In this document: positions 7,844-15,230 of the stretch, in pieces
Layout: the number at the start of each line of letters is the position of its first letter
How positions within the stretch are numbered: the first letter of the stretch is position 1
Assembly (NCBI GenBank): GCA_964392625.1
Contig: CAYMQG010000104.1
Location: 1-61,333 of the forward strand
Direction of reading: 5' to 3'
Origin: an uncultured Gammaproteobacteria bacterium
GTDB lineage: Bacteria; Pseudomonadota; Gammaproteobacteria; Steroidobacterales; Foliamicaceae
DNA length: 61,333 nt
The notes under the pieces: model-generated
Databases searched by the model: none
Told to the model about the DNA's origin: nothing
The model's input: the letters and a program-made list of their open reading frames with translations, nothing else
Made by a program: the position numbers and the translations under genes

Positions 7844-8863
7844 TCAGTCTCGCCGGGACAGCGGTTTCCGGGCCAGGAAAAAGAACATCGGCGTGAAGAT
7901 CCCGGTGCGGCCGCCTTCAACGAGCGTGTCCGCCCCCCAGTTCAGGAACGAGCTGACCTCCCTGGCGCCTTGCGGAGCGAGCCGCAACCCCTCGGCAACC
8001 CACAGGATCAGATTGGTCAGGGCGCGGCCCAGGGGCGAGCGCGGGATACTCGCCAGACTGAAATCCCGGCCCTGCAGGGCCCGGTACCAAGGCGTTTCCG
8101 GATCCGATTCGGGCGCAAGGTCCCGGGCTTCAAGCAACTCGAATCCGGCCGCGCGCACTGCTTCGCACACCTCCGTAATGCTGGCGATGTCGGGTAGCCC
8201 CGATCCCGTCATGATTCCTTCCTTGACTCGCATGTGTTCCGTGTTCGAAGGATCGAATACGTCGGTGAGACACCAGTCGTAGCACGCGAAACCGGCCCCG
8301 GGACGCAAAACACGGAAGATTTCGCTGTAGGCGGCGGTCTTGTCCGGCGCGTGGGGCATCGCTTCGATGCTGATGGCGCCATCGTAGTGGTCGTCGCTCC
8401 GGGGAATCTTCATGTAGTCGCTCTTGATGAAACGGCACAGCGCCTCGACGTCCCGGGTGTGCACTTTCGCGCGCTCGATCTGGTAGGCGTTGTTGTTGAC
8501 GCCGACAAAACTCGCGCCGCAATAGCGGGCAAGATTGCCCGCGGGGCCGCCCACACCGCATCCCGCGTCGAGAATCTGCATTCCCGGTCTCAGCGACAGC
8601 TTGTCGGCCAGGAAATGCTGGTGCCGGATCTGCGATGCCTTGAAACTCTCGCCCCGCCGCCGCGGAGCAAAGTGGAAGCTGGTACCCCAACCCCACTCGT
8701 AGAAATCGGTTACGAGGTCGTAGTAATGATTGACGAGCTGCCGGTAATGCTCCTTCTTGCTTTCAATACCGGCATCGTGGAGCCCGACGTAGTCATCGAC
8801 CACCGACTTCACTTCCTCCTGGGTCAGATTACCCAGGGAACGATTGGCTACTTTCGTATCCAC
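7844..8863 (-). CDS. Sterol 24-C-methyltransferase (ERG6/SMT family)
   Basis: Carries YYDLVTDFYEWGWGTSFHF (SMT region I), the SAM motif ILDAGCGVGGPAGNLA, and IEAMPHAPDKTAAYSEIFRVLRPGAGFACYDW. GTG start at 8863 with a GGAGG 7 nt upstream. Its stop lies 2 nt from the cyclase stop. Confidence 0.85.
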   Translation of the reverse strand: MDTKVANRSLGNLTQEEVKSVVDDYVGLHDAGIESKKEHYRQLVNHYYDLVTDFYEWGWGTSFHFAPRRRGESFKASQIRHQHFLADKLSLRPGMQILDAGCGVGGPAGNLARYCGASFVGVNNNAYQIERAKVHTRDVEALCRFIKSDYMKIPRSDDHYDGAISIEAMPHAPDKTAAYSEIFRVLRPGAGFACYDWCLTDVFDPSNTEHMRVKEGIMTGSGLPDIASITEVCEAVRAAGFELLEARDLAPESDPETPWYRALQGRDFSLASIPRSPLGRALTNLILWVAEGLRLAPQGAREVSSFLNWGADTLVEGGRTGIFTPMFFFLARKPLSRRD

Positions 8864-8984
8864 CCCCGCGCCTCCGGATGTGCCGGCAGGAAACCAGCGC
8901 GATTGTATCCTGCCTGCGCTCGTTGCATCGCATGGCGCGCGTTAGAATGCGCCCGCCGCCACAGTGGACGTAGCGAGGGGGCAC

Positions 8985-9719
8985 ATGTCCGAAAGCCGCG
9001 CCAGTCTGCCGCCATCCGAACCAGGCCGGGGAAGCAGAGGCCCGACGGTTCCGGTGGCGCTGGTCGTCGCTCTGACGATCGCCGCCGGCACGCTTCTCGG
9101 TATCCTGGTGCGCCTGCAGACCGGCGGGCAACTGAATTTCCTCCACTCCCTGTTCTGCCTGTTCTTTTCGGTCAATCTACTGATCTGCTACTGGGAGATC
9201 TGCCTGTTCTTCCTTCGCGACCGGATCGGGACGCGAGCCGAGTACTGGCGCGAATTGCAGGGCAGGACGGGAAGGTCGCCCGCCCACGGTTTCTTTGCCA
9301 CGAGGATCGGGCTGACGCAGGTCCTGTCGCCGTCCGTGTGGGCCGATGCCTGGGCGGCCTACTGTTATTACGACGACTCGTATGCGGACCGCCGCACCTT
9401 CGGCTTCAACGTGGACATCGCCAACGGTTTCGTGACGCCCGTTCCGACACTGGTCCTGTATGCCGCATTCACGGTGGGCTACCCGTCCGCTCGCATCGCC
9501 GGGATTATCGGGCTGATGATGTCCTGGCAGTGGGTTTACATGACATCGACCTACCTGGTCAGCTTTTTCGTTGCGCGGCGTCAAACCCTGCTGAGCCGGC
9601 GCGACGTGTACATCTACATCGTGGCGATCAATTCCTTCTGGATTCTGTGCGCGCTGCTGGGCGGGTACGTTTCCGTCGCCCTCATCGTCAACGGCGACTA
9701 CCGCGTGCTGGGTTTGTAA
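8985..9719 (+). CDS. EXPERA-domain / emopamil-binding-protein (EBP)-like polytopic membrane protein; candidate sterol delta8-delta7 isomerase
   Basis: About 5 hydrophobic helices. WAAYCYYDDSY matches the EBP pattern W-x2-Y-x3-D-x2-Y (human WKEYAKGDSRY). There is a Glu in TM2 (CYWEICLFF, compare VIEGWF). ATG 8985 is preceded by GAGGGGG. An alternative GTG start exists at 8964. Confidence 0.5.
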   Translation: MSESRASLPPSEPGRGSRGPTVPVALVVALTIAAGTLLGILVRLQTGGQLNFLHSLFCLFFSVNLLICYWEICLFFLRDRIGTRAEYWRELQGRTGRSPAHGFFATRIGLTQVLSPSVWADAWAAYCYYDDSYADRRTFGFNVDIANGFVTPVPTLVLYAAFTVGYPSARIAGIIGLMMSWQWVYMTSTYLVSFFVARRQTLLSRRDVYIYIVAINSFWILCALLGGYVSVALIVNGDYRVLGL

Positions 9720-9758
9720 TATCGGGGTTTTCCGACAGCAAACGATCAAGGAATCCGA

Positions 9759-10358
9759 ATGACCGCACAACGAATCGCGGAAATACAAAAGCAGATTTTT
9801 GAACTGACCGGGGAACTCGGGACGCTCCTGAAGCAAAGCCGCGGCGCCGAGGTGCCCGACTACCGCTTCGCCGGCGGGTCGGGCGAGGTGAGCCTGCTTG
9901 AACTCTTCGCCGGCAGGGACACGCTGCTGGCGATTCACAACATGGGCCAGGGGTGTCGTTACTGCACCGTCTGGGCCGATGGCTTCAACGGCTTTCTTCC
10001 GCACCTGGAAAACGCGATGTCGGTAGTGCTGCTGTCGAAGGACCCGCCGGAACTGCAGCGGCGGTTCGCCAACGAGCGCGGCTGGCGCTTCCGGCTCGCC
10101 TCGCACGGCGGCGGCGCCTATATCCGCGAGCAGACGGTCGTGGAAGGCCAGGACAATTACCCGGGCGCCGTCGTTTACAAGCGCGAAGGGGACAAGGTTC
10201 TTCGCTTCAACGCCTGCGTTTTCGGACCCGGCGACCTCTACTGCTCGCTCTGGAGCCTCCTCGCGCTGGCCGGCATGGGCGCGCAGGACTGGACCCCGCA
10301 GTATTCCTACTGGCGGCGCCCGGAAGTGCTCGACGATGGCGGAGAAAACGTCTACTAA
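9759..10358 (+). CDS. DUF899-type thioredoxin-fold protein
   Basis: Reads LLAIHNMGQGCRYCTVWADGFNGFLPHLEN, the C-x-x-C-containing core typical of DUF899 proteins. An AAGGAA RBS precedes ATG 9759. Confidence 0.55.
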   Translation: MTAQRIAEIQKQIFELTGELGTLLKQSRGAEVPDYRFAGGSGEVSLLELFAGRDTLLAIHNMGQGCRYCTVWADGFNGFLPHLENAMSVVLLSKDPPELQRRFANERGWRFRLASHGGGAYIREQTVVEGQDNYPGAVVYKREGDKVLRFNACVFGPGDLYCSLWSLLALAGMGAQDWTPQYSYWRRPEVLDDGGENVY

Positions 10359-10400
10359 TCGCGCGCGTTCGTCACATCGGCACTCGCTTGTCCGAATGCA

Positions 10401-10420
10401 AGCATATTGATAGCATATTG
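10401..10420 (+). promoter_or_regulatory. Tandem direct repeat AGCATATTG-AT-AGCATATTG upstream of vapB; candidate antitoxin operator and promoter
   Basis: A perfect 9-nt repeat with an 11-nt period, 22 nt upstream of the vapB ATG. RHH antitoxins typically bind tandem repeats overlapping their own promoter. Confidence 0.4.
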
Positions 10421-10441
10421 CTGTCAATTCGGAGATCTGTA

Positions 10442-10678
10442 ATGGGCACGCTAACGATTCGCAACCTGGACGATGGAGTAATTGAGAAATTGAAGGCGCA
10501 GGCGAAGGCCAATCACCGCTCCCTCGAAGGAGAAATCCGCCATGCATTGACACAACGCGCGGACCCTCTCGGGCGCATCGCGGAGTTTCGCGATCGCACG
10601 CGTAATCTTCAGGCGCTTACCGCGGATCGCAAACAGACCGACAGTGTCGAACTGCTTCGCGAGGATCGGGAGCGTTGA
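10442..10678 (+). CDS. vapB: Ribbon-helix-helix antitoxin (VapB/FitA-like)
   Basis: 78 aa, MGTLTIRNLDDGVIEKLKAQAKANHRSLEGEIRHAL, an Arc/MetJ-type RHH N-terminus. GGAGA RBS. The stop overlaps the PIN gene start (TTGA). Confidence 0.8.
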   Translation: MGTLTIRNLDDGVIEKLKAQAKANHRSLEGEIRHALTQRADPLGRIAEFRDRTRNLQALTADRKQTDSVELLREDRER

Positions 10679-11133
10679 GAGTCACCATCGATGCTAGCAT
10701 TGTCGTCAAGTGGTTTGTCGTGGAATCTTTTTCTCAAGAATCACGGCTGCTGCTGGCGCGGGACTTGGAACTTCAAGCTCCGGATCTATTGATACCGGAA
10801 TTCGCCAATACGATCTGGAAGAAAGCCAGACGGCGTGAAATCGCTGACCCGGAGCCGTTCCTCAATGAATTGCACAGCCTGTCCGAACTGATTGAGTTGT
10901 ATCCTGCTGAAGCGCTCATCGAACGGGCATCGCAACTGGCCTTCGAAATCGACCATCCCGTTTACGACTGCCTCTATCTTGCGTGCGCCGAAGTCTCCGG
11001 CACACCTTTGGTAACGGCCGACAAGCGCTTGGTGGCCAGGGCAGATGAGAGTCAATCAGGCCTTGAGGTTCGCAACATTGGCGTCCCCGCCACTGCACGC
11101 TGGATCAAGGACGCGCGTGCTGCGTCAGGCTAG
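10675..11133 (+). CDS. vapC: PIN-domain toxin (VapC family)
   Basis: 152 aa with VTIDASIVVKW..., ...HPVYDCLYLACAE..., PLVTADKRL, giving the acidic PIN residues. It is translationally coupled to the antitoxin. The GC content is visibly lower than in the flanking DNA. Confidence 0.8.
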   Translation: MRVTIDASIVVKWFVVESFSQESRLLLARDLELQAPDLLIPEFANTIWKKARRREIADPEPFLNELHSLSELIELYPAEALIERASQLAFEIDHPVYDCLYLACAEVSGTPLVTADKRLVARADESQSGLEVRNIGVPATARWIKDARAASG

Positions 11134-11150
11134 CTGGCCGGAAACCGGCG

Positions 11151-11891
11151 CTACATGTTTAGCTGCTTTCCGGTCGTGTAGCCGCCATCCACGTAAATGT
11201 TCTGACCGGTGATGTAGCTCGCCGCGTCCGAGCACAGGAAAGCAACCGTGTCGGCAATTTCATCCGGAGTCCCGGCGCGCTTCATCGGATGCGCCTTCAG
11301 CGACGCATCCAGCTGCTTTTCCTTGCCTGGCGCGTTCAGGTGCGAGGACATCGGGGTGGTCACCAGACCCGGGCAAACGCAATTCGCCCGAATATTGTCG
11401 CTTGCGTAATCGATGGCGATGCACCTGGTCAGGTGCGCTACTCCGGCCTTGCTCGCCGCATAGGCGCTCATTCTTTCGGGCGCCAGGCGTCCATACACGC
11501 TGCCGATGGTGACTATGGTCCCGCCCCCTTGTTTCTGCATGTGAGGAATGACGGCGCGAGCCACAAGGAAGGCCGACGTCAGGTTGACCTCCAGGACGTT
11601 GGACCAGCTCTGCGAATCCAGTTCCGTCACGGTGCCGTATTGACCGATGCCGGCGCAGTGAACGAGCGCGTCCAGCCCTCTTGAGGGGACGCCAAGGCCC
11701 TGCACGGCCTTTTGTGTCACTTCCTCGTTGCTTACGTCCGCCTGTTCGAAGCGGTCGAAGACCGATGGATCGGGACTTGCATTGACGTCCATGCCCAGCA
11801 CGGCGTATCCATCGCGATGGAACCTCCGCGCGCAGGCCAGGCCTATTCCCGACGCAGCGCCGGTGACCAGTACGCGCTTTCGCCTACTCAT
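11151..11891 (-). CDS. Short-chain dehydrogenase/reductase (FabG-like)
   Basis: Carries [13 protein letters not shown] (TGxxxGxG) and [13 protein letters not shown] (YxxxK). Confidence 0.8.
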   Translation of the reverse strand: MSRRKRVLVTGAASGIGLACARRFHRDGYAVLGMDVNASPDPSVFDRFEQADVSNEEVTQKAVQGLGVPSRGLDALVHCAGIGQYGTVTELDSQSWSNVLEVNLTSAFLVARAVIPHMQKQGGGTIVTIGSVYGRLAPERMSAYAASKAGVAHLTRCIAIDYASDNIRANCVCPGLVTTPMSSHLNAPGKEKQLDASLKAHPMKRAGTPDEIADTVAFLCSDAASYITGQNIYVDGGYTTGKQLNM

Positions 11892-11913
11892 GGACTGCGC
11901 ATGTCAGGTCGCT

Positions 11914-12753
11914 TCAGACGCCGTAGAAGCGGGCGGCGGTGCCGCCCAGCACCTGGGTCCGGTCCGCTAAGTCCAGACTGTCCAGGAAGCGTTCGGCGAT
12001 CGCGTTCCAGCCCGGGTAGGTGCCGGCCAGCAGAAGCACCGGCCAGTCGCTGCCCCACATAAGCCGCTCCGGCCCGAACGTGGCGAGCAGGTGTTCCATG
12101 TAGGGGAGCAGGTCGTCGTAGCCCTGGTCCGGGCTGGCTTCGGTCAGGAGGCCGGAGAGCTTGCAGTTGACGCCGGGGCGCTCGGCCAACTTGGACATTC
12201 CATCCGCCCACGGCTGCCACAGCCCCTTGCTGATGACCGGCTTTGCCCCGTGGTCGATTACCGTCTTCAGGTCCGGATGGCGCTCGAGGAATTCGAGCAG
12301 GTAGGGCAGGTGCTGGGGTCGGACCAGCGCGTCGAAGCACAGGCCGGCGTCGATCACCACCTCGGTCGCCGCCGCCAGCCCGGGCCGTGTGATCCACGCT
12401 TCGTCCTCGATGTTGTGAATCATCGGCCGGATCCCGACCAGCTTCGGGTGTTGCGCGAGATCGGCCAGCACCGTCGCCGCGTCAGGAGTTTCCATGTCGA
12501 TCCAGCCGACGACGCCGGCAACCAGGTCGGTCTGGCCGGCCAGTTCCAGAAGGAAGCGCGTCTCCGCGACTGTCGGAGCGGCCTGTACCAGGATGGTCCT
12601 GTCTATTCCTGCGTCCTGCAGCAGCGGGGCGAGGTCGTCGGGCCCGTAGTCCCGGTAGAGGGGCTTGAGCGCCGGCGTCAGCCAGCCGTAGTCGTTGCGT
12701 TCGACCTTCCAGAAGTGCTGGTGGGCGTCGATTCGAAGCGGAGGAGCGTTCAT
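11914..12753 (-). CDS. Amidohydrolase-2 family metal-dependent hydrolase (lactonase/decarboxylase type)
   Basis: Reads MNAPPLRIDAHQHFWKVERNDYGWL, the N-terminal H-x-H of the amidohydrolase_2 family. An alternative GTG start exists at 12792. Confidence 0.65.
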   Translation of the reverse strand: MNAPPLRIDAHQHFWKVERNDYGWLTPALKPLYRDYGPDDLAPLLQDAGIDRTILVQAAPTVAETRFLLELAGQTDLVAGVVGWIDMETPDAATVLADLAQHPKLVGIRPMIHNIEDEAWITRPGLAAATEVVIDAGLCFDALVRPQHLPYLLEFLERHPDLKTVIDHGAKPVISKGLWQPWADGMSKLAERPGVNCKLSGLLTEASPDQGYDDLLPYMEHLLATFGPERLMWGSDWPVLLLAGTYPGWNAIAERFLDSLDLADRTQVLGGTAARFYGV

Positions 12754-12834
12754 GTCTCGGGTGCTCAGAGGGTTCTGGCGCAATTTTCGCACGCCGAAAC
12801 CCGGCGTGCGAACGCCGTTTAGACTTGGAAAGCG

Positions 12835-14082
12835 ATGAAAATCTCAACGGTCAGGCAGCTGTTCGGCAACCGGAACTTCGCCCTGTTCTCGGTGGGCAAC
12901 GTGCTGTCGCTGACCGGTAACTGGATTCAGCTCGTGGCCGTGTCCTGGCTGATCTGGGAACTCACCAATTCCACGGTCTGGCTGGGAATCGTGGCGGCGT
13001 CTCAATTTGTGCCGATTTTCCTGGTCAGTCCGGTGGGGGGCGTGCTGGCGGACCGCATGGACCGTCGCCGGCTCATTCTCTTCAGCAACGGCGGCGGCCT
13101 TCTGTGCGCGCTCGCCCTGTTCGCCATCTACAGCACCGGCCATCTCAACGTTGTCATCATCTGCGTAATCCGGGCGCTGCAGGCAACGTTTCAGTCGCTC
13201 GGGCAACCGGCGAGACTGGCCGTGGTGCCCAGGCTGGTGCCGTCGGAGCAGCAGACCGCGGCCATAGCCATGGGCAACATCAGCCTGCACGTGGCGCGTC
13301 TGCTCGGTCCCATCCTTTCGGGAGTGGTCGTTGCATTCAGCGGGATCGGTCTGGCGATGCTTTTGAACGCCCTGAGCTTTGTGGTCTTTATTTCCTGCGT
13401 TGTGGCGATTCGACTGCCGGACGTGGCGCGCAAGGCCTCCCGTCGTTCCGGGCGGAGGGCCGGGGCCTTTAGTGAAGCAATCGAAGGGGTTACCTATCTC
13501 GGCCGCAACAAGACCATTCTCATGACGGTCGTCCTTGCTGCGGTAATGGTCCTGTTCGCCCGCCCGATCATGTTCATGCTGCCTGCCTATGTGGACACCG
13601 TGTTTGCCCAGGGCATGTCAGGGCTGTCGATCCTGATCTCGATGAGCGCCGCGGGCAGCATTCTGGGTGGCCTGTCCATGGCGCGGACGCGACATTCCGG
13701 CGGTCTCGTGAAGGTCGTATTGCTGAGCAGTCTCGCCATCGCCGCGGCCGCGACCGCGTTTGCCCTCGTGCGCGAATACTGGGTGGCCGGCGCCTTCCTG
13801 GTCATGCTCGGCTTCATGAACGTGGTCTTCAGCGTGTCTTCGCAATCGCTGGTGCAGCACGCGGTCGATGAAGACACCCGCGGCAGGGTAATGAGTTCGT
13901 GGTTCATGCTGAACCGGGGCGGCCCCGCCCTGGGCACATTTTTCTTCGGCATCGTGGCCGAACTCATCGGTCTTTCCTGGCCGATCATCCTGGGATCCGG
14001 CGTCATTGTCATGACCGTGCTGCTCTGTCTGCTCTACCGGAAGCGAACCCTGGAGAAGGCGAACATTCGACCGGCGACCTAA
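12835..14082 (+). CDS. MFS transporter (EntS/MFS_3-like)
   Basis: About 12 hydrophobic segments. The N-terminus NRNFALFSVGNVLSLTGNWIQLVAVSWL...GGVLADRMDRRRL is typical of this MFS subfamily. Confidence 0.75.
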   Translation: MKISTVRQLFGNRNFALFSVGNVLSLTGNWIQLVAVSWLIWELTNSTVWLGIVAASQFVPIFLVSPVGGVLADRMDRRRLILFSNGGGLLCALALFAIYSTGHLNVVIICVIRALQATFQSLGQPARLAVVPRLVPSEQQTAAIAMGNISLHVARLLGPILSGVVVAFSGIGLAMLLNALSFVVFISCVVAIRLPDVARKASRRSGRRAGAFSEAIEGVTYLGRNKTILMTVVLAAVMVLFARPIMFMLPAYVDTVFAQGMSGLSILISMSAAGSILGGLSMARTRHSGGLVKVVLLSSLAIAAAATAFALVREYWVAGAFLVMLGFMNVVFSVSSQSLVQHAVDEDTRGRVMSSWFMLNRGGPALGTFFFGIVAELIGLSWPIILGSGVIVMTVLLCLLYRKRTLEKANIRPAT

Positions 14083-14132
14083 GCGCCACATGAGTCCCTT
14101 CGTTTAGGATGCGGCAAACGGAGAGGTTCGCC

Positions 14133-15215
14133 ATGACAACTCGACACGATATTCCCGTACCCCCGATGGTGCGCAAGGACGGCACCTATCCGACCGTTGA
14201 CCTGCGCCGCGACAAGGTGTCCATCAATATCGTGCAGACGCGCACCCGGCCGGTCGATCCGGACGATCCGGAGCCGCTGATCCGGGACAACCTCGACTAC
14301 ACCCTCAACGCGATCGACAAGGCGCAGGGCAAGGGCCGCGCGGACCTGGTGTGCTTTCACGAGTTCCCCCTGCAGGGAGGAGGCAGGAAGAACCGCGAGC
14401 AGTACCTGAAGGTGGCCCGCTATCCTGAATCCCCAGAAATCGAGGCCATCGCGCTACGGGCGAAGAAATACGACTGCTATATTGCTTTCGGTTGCCTGAT
14501 CAAGGAGGAGGACTGGCCGGGACACGTGATGAACATGCAGATCCTGGTGGGCCCGGAAGGCAACATCGTGGCCAGGCACTGGAAGCAGCGCGCCAAGCGC
14601 GGAACGTTCCGCCACAGCGAGCAGATAACTACCTGTATTTACGATGTTTTCGATCGTTTCGTCGAAATGTACGGCTGGGACGCGGTGATTCCCGTAGCCC
14701 GGACCGATATCGGAAATATCGCGATGTCGCCGGTCCAGTACGAGCCGGAACTGTTCCGCGCCCAGGCGTTGAAGGGCGCCGAAATCCTGGTGCGGCCCGC
14801 AACCGGCGGTTTCCGCTGGGAGGACACTCAGATGTGCTCGTACCACCACGACGTCTTTACCGTCGTCGTGAACAATTCACTGAACATCGGCTACGAGAAC
14901 AGGGAGTTCTTCGTCGAGAATGCGCCGCGCAATGATTGGGTCGGACGTTCCTCGATATTCGGGCCCAAGGGCGAGGTGCTCGCCCAGGCCGGTCCGTTCG
15001 AGACCCGGCGCCGCGCCGTGATCGACATGGCAGCGTATCGTGAGCGCCATCGGATCCCCGATTTCCACATCAGCATGTACCGGCACGTCTTCGACCAGTA
15101 CGAAGAACGCTATCAGCCCAACCTGTGGACCGGGTATCAGCCGGACAACGCCCGCGAAGCCGCGGACTACCTGCACCAGCGTGCGGCCTGGCACAGTTTC
15201 TGGTACGACTATTGA
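14133..15215 (+). CDS. Carbon-nitrogen hydrolase (nitrilase/amidase) superfamily protein. The catalytic Cys is apparently missing.
   Basis: Glu motif DLVCFHEFPLQG and Lys motif VARHWKQ are present. Where G-x-x-x-C-x-D..PE..R is expected, the sequence reads GNIAMSPVQYEPELFR. ATG 14133 is preceded by GAGAGG. An alternative ATG exists at 14109. Confidence 0.6.
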   Translation: MTTRHDIPVPPMVRKDGTYPTVDLRRDKVSINIVQTRTRPVDPDDPEPLIRDNLDYTLNAIDKAQGKGRADLVCFHEFPLQGGGRKNREQYLKVARYPESPEIEAIALRAKKYDCYIAFGCLIKEEDWPGHVMNMQILVGPEGNIVARHWKQRAKRGTFRHSEQITTCIYDVFDRFVEMYGWDAVIPVARTDIGNIAMSPVQYEPELFRAQALKGAEILVRPATGGFRWEDTQMCSYHHDVFTVVVNNSLNIGYENREFFVENAPRNDWVGRSSIFGPKGEVLAQAGPFETRRRAVIDMAAYRERHRIPDFHISMYRHVFDQYEERYQPNLWTGYQPDNAREAADYLHQRAAWHSFWYDY

Positions 15216-15230
15216 GGATTCGCTGCCGGG

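Noticed and set aside
8234-10553. Long ORFs 8234..9802 (+, 522 aa) and 9177..10553 (-, 458 aa).
   Set aside because: These are shadow ORFs overlapping the SMT, EXPERA-like and DUF899 genes. Their composition is Arg/Gly/Pro-rich with no motifs.
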